From Klebsormidium nitens (taxonomy: Eukaryota; Plantae; Klebsormidiophyceae), in NCBI GenBank assembly GCA_000708835.1, contig DF236988.1:237427-301426 (forward strand): a stretch of 64,000 nt of DNA, in the 5' to 3' direction. Of the stretch, positions 12,881 to 41,488 are shown piece by piece. The notes beneath the pieces were generated by a model that was not told the origin of the DNA, made no database searches, and saw only the letters and a list, made by a program, of their open reading frames with translations. A program made the translations under genes and the position numbers. How positions within the stretch are numbered: the stretch's first letter is position 1; each line of letters begins with the position of its first letter.

Positions 12881-13640
12881 CTACTCAACTTGCTTCAGGA
12901 GAGGTTCCGACAGCGGATGCTTCTCTGCAGAGTCCTCCTCGTCCTTCGCACGCGCGTTGAGTTTCCACTTCTTGACCAGCTTCACCAGCCGACTCGTCTC
13001 CTTACTTCCCTTCCCAGTATCCTCCTCCACTTCGCAATTTTTTGAGCCCTCTAGCGCCCACGTGAGGTTCCCGGGTGATGGGGCCCCGACCCTCATCGAC
13101 TGTCGCCCCTTGTACTCCCGCGCCTTGATATACAGAGTGCTGGACCACTCGGCAAACTCCAACGGGCGCATATCTTTCTGCAGGCTCTCCCCCTCCCCTG
13201 CTCGGCAGAAGAACCCGGAGGGGTCTCAGTCCCAGTCACCCATACCGCTCCGGGCAGCAACGTGGTGGGTCTCGTGGTAGAGGGGGTATCCATCAGTAAC
13301 AGGGTCCGAGAGCAGCCAGCACGTGGCCGGGGCGGCGCCGTCCCAGCCGCTGACGTCATTCTTGAAGCTGCTCGCGTCAGCGTCGTAGATGAGCACCACC
13401 CGCCCGGTGATGTGCTGCAGCCCGGTAGAAGGCGGCGGCGGGGGGTTGGTCGAGTTGGCAACGACGGCCATGCAGAAGCGCGCCACGTCTCCCGGGCATG
13501 CCTGGAAGAAGATGGATTCCAGCGGAACCCATGGATTCCGGTCTCCCGGGGAATGCCACCGGGCGTAGCAGAGCCAGTGCGGCCCAGACAGCCACTTTCG
13601 GTGGTCGCTAAGCTCCAACGTCCGCACGAAAGCACCATGG
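12881..13640 (-). pseudogene. GC3-rich coding region of unknown function, interrupted by a single in-frame TGA (13228-13226), containing HETHH (HExxH)
   Basis: ORFs 13226-13756 and 12881-13171 are in the same frame (..GMGDWD*DPSGFFCRAGEGESLQKDMRPLEFAEW..). Third-position GC bias matches the real exons in this window. Confidence 0.55.
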
Positions 13641-14034
13641 TAATTAATCGGCCACGAGGTGCGAGAGCGGTGTTTTGAGCGCATACAGGGGAAGTTGCAA
13701 GGAGAAGGAAGGGTGACGTGTCGTGGGGTCAAAGTCAGGGACGCAGGGGTGCCCAATTACGTAGACCAGTGGTGATCTGAAGAGGTGGATGGACACTGCA
13801 TGCGTGCTGAGGCGATAGCTGCCATGAGCTGTAAGTTTTATAGCAGATTGTGATCAAAAGGAGCTCACAATGTTCTTGAAGGTTGGCGCCTGGCTAATCA
13901 CTCGAAGATTCGGATTGCACCAACTTAGCACTCAGCATTTGACAATGTGCAGGGTCCTGAGGGTCCAGAGCGCGCTTTGTTTTAAGGCATGCATGCTTAA
14001 TTTCGATCCGACCGCAGCGCGGGCGGCGGCGCAC

Positions 14035-14062
14035 ACTCACCGCGCGGGGTTTAGGGTTTTGT
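14035..14062 (-). promoter_or_regulatory. Telo-box (AAACCCTAAA) in a CpG-rich patch, followed by a GTGAGT donor at 14040; putative non-coding first exon
   Basis: Minus strand reads CAAAACCCTAAACCCCGCGCG|GTGAGT. Confidence 0.4.
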
Positions 14063-14168
14063 GGGCAGGGGTTTACTATTAGTACTATTTGCACACAATC
14101 CATTCCGTCCCCTTCCGTTCCGTCCAAAGTACTGCATGGCGGATTAGCAAAGAGAGGCAAAGACGCCT

Positions 14169-15075
14169 GAGGCTGATCGCCTCGAGAGAGCTGAGCTCAA
14201 GCTGACCTCACATGAGCCTGAGGGTGTTGAAGTTGAAGGCAACGCGGAAGCCTAGGACTAGGAGCTTGCCGAGTTTCTAACTTAGGCTGAGCTGCAGAGC
14301 CAGCAAGGGGTTCAGGCAGATGAGGGCAAGAAGACGGCTAGGTGGCAGCGGCGGCAGCTCTCTGGTTTTGGATCATCTGCGTTTTTATGTATTGCTGTCG
14401 GTCGGCTAAGAACTTTGAGAGCTGCAGGAGCTGAGGTCTGGCGCCTATCAGCTGGAATGAATTGACTGGTTCCAATTAGATTGGTTTGCGAGGCGCAAAA
14501 ACAAGTCATCTAGACAACAGACATAAAGGTCGATTTGTGAGGCTTTGAGCTCGGAGCCCTTGCACAATTGTTGCAATGAAAGATGCTTGAGGTCATTGGA
14601 TCCTCAATCAGGGGTTTGGGCGGGCATAAGATCCGAGCAACAAGATTTCACGAAGTGACACACCGGTGTGGCTCAGTTTGAAGGCGCCGCAGTTACATTG
14701 ACGCAAGAGGTGAGCGACAATGCACAACAAATTGCACTGCAGAACCTTCTTTTCAACCAATTGGTTGCCCACTTGTGAACTGGGGGCTCTTCTGCAGTTT
14801 GACAATCGGTGAGGGGTAAACCAGCGATGACCAGAGTGAACAGCCTTCAGGTCGCATCCTCTAAAAGCAGCGGCCTGCAATGAGAAACTGGGCAAAACGA
14901 ACGGGACTTCCCCGCTTCTTCCACAAACCCGATGGTTCTCCTGAACCTATGATCAATCTGTAAAGGTCTTGGGATCAGGATCTCTTTGAGGAAGAAATGT
15001 AACGTCAAGCTCAGCCACGACTTGAGAAGGCAGACAGCAAAATCACCTTTCGGTGTTTTTATGGGCAGATTGGAT
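14169..15075 (+). pseudogene. Decayed coding relic (acidic, coiled-coil-like) with several in-frame stops
   Basis: EADRLERAELKLTSHEPEGVEVEGNAEA*D*ELAEFLT*AELQSQQGVQADEG, with TAG at 14253, 14259 and 14283. Further TGA/TAA-interrupted protein-like frames continue to ~15070. Confidence 0.4.
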
Positions 15076-15311
15076 AAAATTTTCCTTGATGGTCTTTACC
15101 AACACTCGCTTTGCTGGCAGCTTGTCAAATCCTTCAAAGTATTCAACCAGAGGCAAGCTCAGTCTTACTTGGGGGGATCATCTCATGTTGCACATGCCCT
15201 AAAAGGCTGTACCAGCGAAATTCCTCAAACCAAACCCAACCCATGCTGGTGGACCTTGACATTCTCTAACTGCTCCCCTTCGACAGGTATTAAAAGCTGT
15301 GGGGGCCAAAC

Positions 15312-16756
15312 ATGGAGTCCCACCACACCATAGCCGTTAAATCTCAAAGCCCTGTAGGATCCGGCCCCAAACCCCAGTCGCTTTTGCCCGAGGAATCTCC
15401 CGTTGACCCCCGCCATGCCCGCTTCCCATACTGCCTCGTCTGGACCCCCCTCCCCATAGTCGCCTGGCTGGTGCCGTTTATTGGGCATCTTGGCATCTGC
15501 CAAACAAACGGTGTGATCCTCGACTTTGCGGGGCCGTTCTTTGTGAACGTCGACAACTTTGCGTTCGGCGCGACCGCACGGTTCCATCGGCTAGATCCGA
15601 AGAAGGTGAGAAGGGAAGACTGGCACTTCGTTCAAAAGGCACGGGGACAATTCGTGGATGCTCAGATTCAAGGAAGTCTAAGAGGCCCCTGTTTTGACAC
15701 TCGTCACCGAGCGTAGTTGTAAGAAGTTGGCAGTCACCAAAGAAAATCAAGCACCGATACTAAGAATCGCCGTACTCCTTCGGAACGTCTTCTCGATGCA
15801 CACTGAATGTGCATAGTCTTTCTGCGGGAATAGCTTTGCGAGAGTGCTTGCCGAACTTTGTCCCGCCATGTTGTTCCAAGTCTCAGAAAAGGAAGAGTTG
15901 AGACACGATCAGCGACCTCGAGTCTGGGAATTCGCTTGGCGTCCTGAGCAGGAGCTCTACTTCAAGCATATGCTTTTCCTGAAAGCCATTGTTTTTTTTT
16001 GGTTCGAAACCAAAAGGGCAAACCGTCTGATACTGTCTGGGATTCGATCTGTCACCTCCCTCTATGAACTGCTACTGTCTTTTTGACGTACTACTCCCAA
16101 AGACACACTGGTGATCTGTGCTGCACTCGCGCCGGCTCAGCTGGCCCTTCTCTTTTATTGCCTCCTTACAGAACATCACGAACTTTCATGCACCATTTAA
16201 TCCGATCTGCCGCCCCCCTTGATCTTTTGTGCAAGTGAGGTCGAGTTGCTCTGTCCCCGGTCCAATGAAATTCATTTTCTCGTCCTGCTGTATGCGTAAC
16301 AAATTGCTGATCTCCGTGATCTCTTGTGGCTGCCAGCTGTCACACGGCCCGCAGCCCAGCATGCTCCCCATCCAGCAGCCGAGTCTCAATCTGCCGCAAG
16401 GCGAGAACCCGTGGGACGACTCCCTCCGGGCCACGATGCGCCGCTACCAACACCAGCAGTACAATATCTTCACGTGCAACTGCCACTCGTTCGCGGCCGC
16501 GTGCCTTAACACGATGGCCTACGGAGGGAAGGAGAACTGGAACGTTGTGGATATGGTGTTTTTGATCTTGTGTAGAGGCCAGTGGGTCAGCGGGTGGGCG
16601 ATCGTGAAGGCGTTTGCGCCTTTCGTAGTCATGATGGGTATTGGGGTGTGGGTTGCGCGGTGGTACTTTTTGGTCGGGTGGGCGGTGTTTGGGGGCCTGA
16701 TCACGGGCTGGTTTTTGTTGGGCACGTATGTAATCAAAGGGCTCGTCCACGTGTAG
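15312..16756 (+). CDS. RTE1: RTE1/RTH-like (TMEM222 family) membrane protein. Exons 15312-15605 and ~16337-16756
   Basis: [26 protein letters not shown]...VILDFAG...VDNFAFG and [17 protein letters not shown], with two C-terminal hydrophobic helices. Phase-0 GT-AG intron; the exact acceptor is less certain. Confidence 0.92.
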
Positions 16757-17843
16757 TAATACAGAAGGTGTAAATTAGATTGCATACTCTTGTTTCCCAG
16801 CAGAGGTTGGCAATTAGTCGGATGGAGACCGCTTGTAGAATGTCAAAGAATGAAAAGTCTGTAGGACAATCTACAAGGCCTTAGTACAGTGATCCCCACC
16901 AAGGCTTGTCACATTACTGGATCGGTTTTCATCTTAAGGACTCGTCAAAAAGCGGGAGTCTCTGCCTAAGCCCAGCTGACGGTGCTCATTGTCCCTCGAG
17001 TTCAATTGCAGCTAGTGGAAAGCTAGCCATGTATGGCTTGCATCCATGCAGGACTCGTCTCGATCATGGGCCCGACCATCATTGTGAGACAAAGTCAAAC
17101 GTTGCACGAGTAGAGTTCGTTAGTGTCAAGTTGGGTTAGATCAATACATGTATGCACGCGACGACATGAGCATGCCCACTCGTCCTCAGCCCCGTGCCGT
17201 GGCAAGCTGTCACTAGGACCTCTGTGTATAACTAGGTTATTGTATGCGCACGGTCACATGGAACATCAGCTATAGATCGTGATCAATTAGTCATGCATTG
17301 TGCTGAGTGAGTCGATCGCGGCGAGGACACGGCCGCCACTGAGGGGCCCTTTGGTACAAATTGCACGTCCAACTTATACCGGTCAGCATGCGTGCTCCCC
17401 AAACAAACACGTATTGACTATCGTGCATGCCATCATTGCGATTATATACAATCGAAGTAAGCGCATCCATGTACTGCCTAAAGCACCCGCGCTTGCCCAT
17501 CGGATCACCACGAGCACATGGATGTATACCATTGACAACGAATAGCTTGGCTTGATCGCCTCATTGTGCAAGCACATTACTTGATGATGCGAGCTATAAC
17601 ATGTGAGACAAACGACTGATACCACGTTATTTCCCTTATGTATCACCATACACTGAGTGTAGACGCATCAATCAGAGAGGCATTATTGTGGATTATGCAG
17701 GCGTTGATAAGGTTCTGATAAGCCTTAGGCCGTAAACTCTCGCTCGGCCCGGCTCACGACCAGCGGCCCTACCAAATCCTGCTTACGACATTGTACATAT
17801 TGGACATGACCTATGGAATGGATGGAAACCGAAGTATCTCGCA

Positions 17844-20800
17844 TTAGCCGGGGCCTTGCAGAAGACGCTCGACCGCTGCGTTGACGTTCCCATGCGAAGC
17901 TTGTAGCGCGCGAATGTTCTCCTGCAGTAGGAGAATCGTAAAAGTGAGTCACAGGCAACCAGTTGTGCTGCTTTGACGAGCTTCCGTAAGCAAGCCACTC
18001 CGTCAACTTTCTGACTAGTAAATTGAGGTTTTGGAAACATTGAGCTTGTGAGAAGCTCAAAGCTGTTCACGTGCAGATGTAGGACGTGGTCAACTCTCTG
18101 ATTTGCTTCGCAGTCACACAAGCGGCCAACCAAACTTAATATTTCCGAGGACAAGCCGGGGGCAATTGAGACGGGAGCACTCAATCAGCATTGAAGCTAT
18201 TCCATAGAAAAGACCTTTTACTGCACACTGACAGCACTACAAGAAACCAAGGCCAGGAATAACAACCCGGTTGTCTTCCATTGCATTGCGCAGGTAATAT
18301 GCAGCCTGTGATGCAGCCTGTCTGATTGCGTGTTCCTAGAAAAATCTACTTTCATTGGGAGCCCGCTCACCTGGACGTCGTAGAAGCCCATGTCTTGCAG
18401 TTGCTGGATCTGCGTGGCATACACCTCCTCTGGAGGTCCTGCGCACCAAAAAGAAACCGATTCACGTGACTGACGCCACACGCCATTCCAGTGCAATTCT
18501 TCACTTGTCCACGCTCACCTTCTATAAAGACAGACTGCCAAGCCTTTATATGTTCTTGGTTTATAGATAAGTTGTTCATTATTTAGAGGTTTCGGACTGG
18601 CAGATCGATAGCCCCGCAGTCAACGTAGGGCTTTAAAGGTGACCGTTACTATCTTATACACACAGATGGCGTGACTTGGTTAGCATTACGTCCTCTATAG
18701 CAGAATTTGCTAAGGCGATCCTGCATGTTGCCTACTTGGGGGGGACTGGTGACAACCAGATGCGGTTGAACATCACCAGACGAAACAGGACGAGGTGGGG
18801 GGACCGTTCGATACCTCGCTGGTGATGTCCTTTTTGAAAGGCCTAAACACGTTTCTTTTCATTGGTACCAGGAGCGGAGGTACACACGCTTTCAGTATCG
18901 GCATTCCCGTTTCTCGAGCGGTCTGGGCAACTCCTCGTAATCAAGTTGATACTGACAGACCCGCAACAGGACGAGACTCACCCGCAGGCTGGGCTGGAGC
19001 GCCGAAGCCTCCCAATCCTCCCAATCCCCCCATCCCTCCCAAAAGCGCGTTCATGTCCATCCCTCCGGCCCTGCAATTTGCCCACAATATATCTTCTAAA
19101 TTTCTGAAGCTGCTTTCGGATCGTGTGAAAAGCAGCAGACCGACCATCTTGCATGAGGATGACTCCATGCTCGAAGATACATTCTAACATCGCGTCAACA
19201 AAACATCGACGGATTGGCGGGCCAATACTCGTCCCTAATACCAATCAGAATAGATATAGCCTCTGCCTCGTGATGAGGCAATTGCCCAAAACTAGCTTCA
19301 CAAATCAACCTTTTTAACCAGAGGATGTGAGCAGAACACGGACTTACCCCCCGGCGCCCGCTCCACCGAGAAGCTGCTGCATCTGGGCCACTTGCTGCAC
19401 ATAGAAAGGCAGTCTGTTTAAGAGATGCGTTGACCTCTGTTTGAACACAGATCGGACGTGTCAATCGCAACCGCAAGCACGAGACCTCGTGTACAGCCTG
19501 TATGGTCATGGTGTCGGGCTTAGCTGAAAAGCCCGGACTCTTCATCTGTCGCCAATGGACACCATTTCTAATCTGAACCCTGAAAGGTTGCCAGGGAGAA
19601 GAAATAGCACGTAAGAGCTTTGACGATGAGAAGCATGCTACGCCTATAACCTCCTAACAAACATGGAACCTTGTTCGACACGTTGGGCCGAGAGAACTTG
19701 ACGATCCAATTCCAACAGAGTTGTCAATTCGACGAGAAGTGCAACCCTACCTGCAGGGTCTCTGGCCTCGTCATCTGCTGAAGAAACTCCGGATTGGAGA
19801 GCATCGTCCGCATTTGGGGGTTGGCGTCCACCATCGTCCGAAGTTGCGGGTTGGAGTCAATCAGCTGCAAGAACAGGCGAAACGAGGACAGCACTTCGAG
19901 TCAATGAACTGGCTCTACAACTCCGACTTCTTTTTCTCCTGCTAATCAGTTTGAGAGTGCTCAATCCTCGTTGCAACACTGCAATTGTAGCGTACGCAGA
20001 AAGGCCCGGAATCACGACTTCTCGCAAAATCAAATACGCCATGCGTGCCAAACTTGCAAGTTGACGCCTTTCGAGACTCCTGATTCTCGGATAATCAGTC
20101 CACAAGAGAAGACATTCCAGCAGCTTGCGGATACATTACACGATTTGACACCTTTGGAAAAGCTCCTCAAACACGTGCCAAGCTCACCTGCTGGATGACC
20201 TGCGGGTTGGACAGCACTTGCTGCATCATCTGCTGCATCATCGGGTTCTGCATCATCTGCGCCATCTGGGCGGGGTCCATGCCCAGCCCCAGGCTGCCGC
20301 CCCCGCCTTGCACGCCCATACCATCAAAGCCCCCCGCTCCTCCGAGGCCACCCAGCCCCAAGCCAGCTAGAGGGTTGACGGCAGGCAGCGGAGCGGCGCC
20401 AGTGCCGGCCCCAGCTGCAGTCGCTGCACCAAGAAAGACTTGTCTGGTTAGGACTGGGCTAAGGGGGCAGAGAAGTGGCTCACGAAGTGAGTGAGGTCGC
20501 AACTGTTGAACAAGTGGGAGCAATGGACCAGGCCGCAATGGATCGAGGCTAACCGGTCAGTAGATCCTAAAGGTTTGCCCTGTCCACATGTCATTACTCC
20601 AGGAACACATTCCCGCTGCGCAAAGGTACCAACCAGGGGGCTCAATAATAACACCGAGGCAATTCGTGTTGCTCGGGAGGAAACGATCATGTCAGCGACT
20701 CACATGGAGGCCCCCAAGGGTTGGGAAGTGGCGCAGCGTTCGGGCCTGCACCCCCGTCCGCGGCTGCTGGGGCGGGCGCCTGCTGGCCTGCTTGCTGACC

Positions 20801-22647
20801 CGGGGCGTTGAAGAGGGCCGCAAACGGGTTGGCTGCTGCATCAGCCTGCCCTTCTGGGCGGTGGGTAGCGGCTTCCATGAGGGGCTCCTGAACGTTCTCG
20901 TACATCCTTCTGCAGGTGGGAGTCAGGATCAGATCTCCTGTTGATTCTAAGGTCCATTTCGTGTTAAAGACAGGGTCCATTGCACGAGTTGATAGCAAAT
21001 GTGGAGCCAAAATCAGGCCTGAGGGTAGTGAATGACGGATTGTCAACGTCAATGACACTCCCAAGTTTGACGCCGGGGGATTGAGCTACAACATAGCACC
21101 TTGCCATCGCTTGTGGATTGCATCGTGTGCAATTTATGCAATGGCTGGTAAACACTGCGAAAGCAGCACCAATTCTCCGCAAGTAGTCTGTAAGTTTATG
21201 GGACAGGGCCCTATTGAACCTTGGCGGCTCCGAAGGGTAAGGACTACGAATAACGGAAGGTTGGACTTCATTATGAACCGCCCTTCACTAGCAACTGGAC
21301 ATCAACTGGACATCTTCTTAAATTCAAACTGTGAAAGAGGCAATTGCGTGTGACAATGTACCAACCTGTGACTACAAAACACTGGAGTACGACCAGCAGT
21401 CCGCAGTTACAACAATCCAAACTTCTCTGTACCGGTCAGACACGTTGATGCCCCTCCTTGTATAAACAAAAACCCCCAAATGAATATGAGAACACCACAA
21501 AGAAGAGAGAAGCTTCAACCAACAACTCGCCTGAGCATGTTAAACCCCTCGGGGTGCGCCTCGATGTTACTCATCGCCCGGTCCGTGTTGCGCATCATCT
21601 CGCGCATCATCTCCGGGTTGCGCGCCGCCTCCATCATTTGACGCATCGTGGCCGGGTCGTTCAGGATGTGATTCAGCTCCGGGTTGCGGTCCATCACCTC
21701 CCTCAGCTGGGGGTTCGCGCTGATGATTGTGCGCATGACCTCGGGGTTGTTCATCATCGCTTGCACCGCAGGGCTGTTCATCATCTCTTGCATGAGCTGG
21801 GGGTTCTGAGTCATCTGGCGCTGCATGTCAGCCAGATTGGGGGTGCCGCCAGTACCGCCAAACCCTATCCCTCCCAGGCCCGGAGGCACTGCCGGAGGGT
21901 TTGTTGAGGTCGTGGGGGCAGCAGGGGAGGCGGAGGACGAGGCGGGAGTTGAGCCGGGGGGGGCGCCACCCTTGACCAGGTGGATGGTGTGGTCGGCTTC
22001 AAGGCCTGCCATAAGAATGCAGATGGGAACTGGTGAATGATAAAGAGGGACATTAGTCCAAGTATTCCTTCAGAAACAATGCTAGGAGCACGGCCGACAT
22101 CAGGTAGGATTATGCCACCACTCTGTGTAAATGGTGACAAAGGGTGGGGAAATGTGGACAACAAGGCATGGACAACAGATCTGCATATGAAGGATATGAT
22201 GGCATCATCACAAACAAAAAATAATAGACTTGACATCAAACGATGAGAAGTAGGACGCCATATTTGCAAGAAAGCACTCACCATAGCCCTGCAGCGTTTG
22301 CTCATCCTTTAGCACCCTGCAGATTGAGGACCACAATCTCAGTTCAAACAGCTAGGTCACAAGGCAATCTGCAATCTGCCACAATCAACACCTTGTCACA
22401 ATCTCTTTCAACCCCCAATTGCCTAACCACGGCTCGATTTCTGTCCTGGAAAGAAGCACTAACATTGGGAACAGGGCTAGGGATGATTGGCCGCTTGCCT
22501 TCCTTTGTAGATCAGCCTCTGCTGGGGCGTCGGGATCTCTGTCTTCTCCGCCAGTTTCTCTTTCAACTCCAAGACCGTTTGTGAAACATCAACATCCACA
22601 GAGAATTTTGCACCTGTGGAGGGTTTGATATGCACGGTGATCGCCAT
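17844..22647 (-). CDS. DSK2: Ubiquilin / DSK2 (UBL-STI1-UBA). Exons 22647-22499, 22316-22282, 22005-21531, 20909-20704, 20423-20188, 19864-19751, 19394-19348, 19070-18982, 18438-18371, 17921-17844
   Basis: N-terminal UBL ([17 protein letters not shown]), M/N/P/Q-rich STI1 repeats and a C-terminal UBA ([28 protein letters not shown]). All phases are consistent; introns 1 and 3 use GC donors. Confidence 0.95.
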
Positions 22648-23573
22648 GGTAATAACAGCACCAGGAGCAATCACCAGATGATGTGATTCGTGAAGCTCCA
22701 CAGGCATCCAGCAAGAAGTTGATTGCTTCAACTCCAGCCAAGCGAGCTGTGATTGAGAAATGCTGCCACGGCCCACAGCACTGTGATGAGCAAGAGTATT
22801 ATATAAGGGCTCATCTCCCCCAGTCATAACCATGTAAAATCGATAAGGGCTGCCTGCTCTTAACATTTAAGAAGATATTTCCGACCTTTCTACCGACCTC
22901 CTTGAAAAATGCGAAGTGTCCAAATAATATCCAGACCTAGATTGCACAGATAATACGGTATGCTTACAGGTTGTGTCCTACGCATACCGTACATGCCTAT
23001 GGCCTGCAAAGTGCTCCTGGATATACCGCCGCCGGTGGATATGGGTCCTTGTAACACAAATTCAATGGAGAAGCTTCTTGCCAGGCACTTGCTGAGCTTG
23101 AAGTGGGCGTAGGCGTCACGCCGTCGGCATCGCCGAAGCGTGACGACGGCACAGGTTAGCATAGTGAGCATCGTCCGATAGATTCAACTCGTGCTTCATT
23201 GCCGTCCGATTGCAAGTGCACTCGCGAGTGTAGACGCCCACTTTGAGCAGAAGGCTCAGAGTCAAAGTGCCAATGCGTGGACGCCTTTGCTCAGCACCCG
23301 TGACTTTCTGGCGTCAGGGGATCTCTATTTGAGCCCCTTCCACTCAGTTGTTAAATAGCTAGTCTGGGGGGTGCCATTCCTGACGTGAAGCTTTAAGGAA
23401 TGGAAGTTTTGTTCGGTTGAAGCCAATGCTTTCCGTTGATGAGTCGTCAGAGAATTGCTCAAGCTTGGGGCATACGAGGCTCATGGGCTCACATAAGAGA
23501 ACGTAAATGAAATAGAACCAGAAGCTGGTCAGGCGCTTGCACAATTGGCTTTCATCCATCAACAGAACTCAAA
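22648..23573. promoter_or_regulatory. Head-to-head intergenic region between DSK2 and the WW gene, with inverted TGACG motifs at 23114-23145
   Basis: The divergent start codons are 927 bp apart. CGTCACGC..TCGGC-ATC-GCCGA..GCGTGACG is an imperfect palindrome. Confidence 0.45.
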
Positions 23574-30563
<6,990 letters not shown>

Positions 30564-31406
30564 TGTTTGTTACGTTCTTCTCGTTCGACTGGAGTAATAT
30601 CGTGTCAAAGCTGAGAGTTTGTACTAATCATGGTGATCTTAATTGCAATCATGCTGACCGAGTCGTTTTCAGCATGTCCAGACACTAGGCCAGCCTATGT
30701 CATCTTGTCGGTGGTCAAAAGCGCATGCCAGAGTGCCCAAATCTGTAGAACGTACTGGAGTCAAGAAGAAGAGCTCGATGCATCATGCAGCGGCAACACA
30801 CTGACCTGTTAAGATATTCAGCCTGCATGGCAGGCAATCATGATACGTAGTCCTGCAGATAGTGCATCCATATAATGCACGTCTTTGCGGCATTAGTGTC
30901 ATGCTTACCCGTCGATCCAACGTTGAGCCGCCTAGCCATGTTGCATAAGTATTCTCAGCTGCTGCGCGACGCATGGCACATAACGTATAGGACCCTAAAA
31001 CAATTGTGCAGGGTTCTCATGCACAGTGTGACGGGTATTTCTTCAATCTCATACGTAAACCTAGCTGCTTATTACTTGTGGGCTGCATCATGAGAGAAGT
31101 TGACTATGTGAAGCCAAGTATGCACATGACCAAACTGCTCTGAAACGTGCAGCAGTTTACCTGAGTCAATGCCTTACAATGGCGGCCTCTACAGGCCATT
31201 GCGGGCATCGTGGTCGCAGCAATCTTGCTTAATGTTCATTCTCGCAGTGCCCCTTCTCTTTACGCATCAATCTGACAGTCAATCGGGCTTACATAAGCTG
31301 TAGAGCACCGATAGATTGGCCGACACGGCCATCGTTAAACAAGTGGAACGCCAGCCAGCAAGTCATCGGTCAACTTTCGGTCAACTACCACTGGAAGAGC
31401 TAAGGC

Positions 31407-39566
<8,160 letters not shown>

Positions 39567-41488
39567 GGTTGGCTGAGCCCGCCGAACCTCAGAAGCAGCA
39601 GCTATCGAATTTTCAGGAGGACACCTTCCAGGTCCTTCACCTTCGTGGAAAGCTTTAAGTTTCCTGCGAGGCACAATCCAAATGCCCGATGGCAACGCCT
39701 GATTGCTTGCGTGCTTCGCGTCCTTTGACAACCTACTTCTCACAATTCTGCCTCTCCTTGAGCCCCAAGCGGCAGCGCTATTAGTATAGGCTTCGCTGCG
39801 GCGCCTTCAGGCAAAACGTTGGTTGCACGTACACGGCAGGACCTTTACCATTTTGACGCCATATGTCTGGCTGAACTTCCGAGCAAAACAGCTGCGGTTA
39901 GGCAAGTGTCATGTTCCGGGACCAGCCCGGGTTACGTGTGGGTGACGTTCCAACCTTTACCATTCTCAAGCCGCGCGGGCGCCCGCGACCGTGACTCCGG
40001 CGGCCGCGCCACGGCTCGGGCGGCCGCGGCCCGGAAGCTGCGTACGTACCGTGACGCGTTCTCGACATTGAACTCGAGCGGTCTCTGCCTTCAACTCGTT
40101 CAAGGCTCGATCTGATCTGTTGTACAAGAGCTGACATGGGTCCCACCGCCATGGTCGGATTCGGTAACCTACTTTGAAGCCGCCTCCAGTACCGGTGCGA
40201 AAGCTCGAAAATGTCTAACCACAGCGCGGCTCACCGCCACAAGCACGAGAGGTGTTCCGTGCAGCCCCGTTTTTGTGGTTGCCAGGGCTGGGGAAGCACA
40301 GCCAAGGTCTTCAACGTGGCCGTCACCTTCTGCAGCGTGACATTGTATAAGGTCACGCAGGTAAGGAGAAGAGACTAGTGTTGATGACGTGGTGATTTTG
40401 AGCACGTCCTGTTCAGCGCGGCTGAGGGCGCTGGAATCGACATGCTCTAGTGTTTTTTGCCCATAATTAATATAGCCTTGAAGGCATACTCTACTGTTAC
40501 CACTCGACAATCTCGAACTGATCTATGTGAATTGGACGAAACAAACACTTGGTAGCTACATGTATGGTGACTCCGTAAGCTAGCATTAAAGTTCAAATCA
40601 TGCCAGAATTGCAAATTTACGGTTTAACATCCAGCAATCTGTCATTGGCTAACGTATCGAAACCCTCTCGAATATGCTCAGTTGTGCACGTTCGAGTATC
40701 ATGCATGGCCTGGCTGCTGCGTTATAACGTACTAACTGTGGCATGTGATGTCAATCGTAGCTGACTTATATCGTCCAAAAACTAGCCGTGTGCACTGGCA
40801 TTTTTCGACGGCTCAACATTCGGAACGTTCACTTACACCATTGAGCATTTATATATTCTGTGTTCCGGGTCACTCTTAGTTTTATGGATTACATGTATGT
40901 GCATAGTCTTTTTGAACGCTTGCTGATGATGCTCGACCATATCACAGGTACAGTGCCAACGGACTGAACGGAGGATACTGACGAGAACTTCCAGTACGGG
41001 AGTCAGTTGAGCAGCATCGCATTGAAATACGTTGAATCGCACAGAAAATGGACGATAAGAACCTGATCGAAATTCCATGGTTGTCTTGCTGTAAGTATAT
41101 ACCTGATAAAAGGTAAACGAAACACTACAGAATCGTTCTCAATGTCTTAATTTGGTCTTGACGCATTGCGGGATCCTGTATTTACCTGCGTCAACCGAAA
41201 CGTCGAGCTCAATGCTCCGTGCACTGCCCGAGCTTCAGGACAAGAATCACCTTCAGAACTGTACCACACCATCCTGTTCCCAAAATAAGAATATTGTATG
41301 GCGGTTGAAAACCTTCTTGACTACCTGCTCAACACCTTCGCTTCGCTTCAATCTCCTGAACCCAGTGGCGCGCACAGGATGTAGCTGGCTGGCTAGACCT
41401 CAACTGCTTAACCGGATTGAAAGCTTGCAACCGACTATCTGTTACCTGATTCCAGATTAGGAGGCTGGACACATCAGTGGCTGAGCAT

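Noticed and set aside
13093-13678. Long alternative ORFs 13093-13638 (-) and 13262-13678 (+)
   Set aside because: These are shadow frames of GC-rich coding sequence; third-position bias supports the WLCYARW/HETHH frame.
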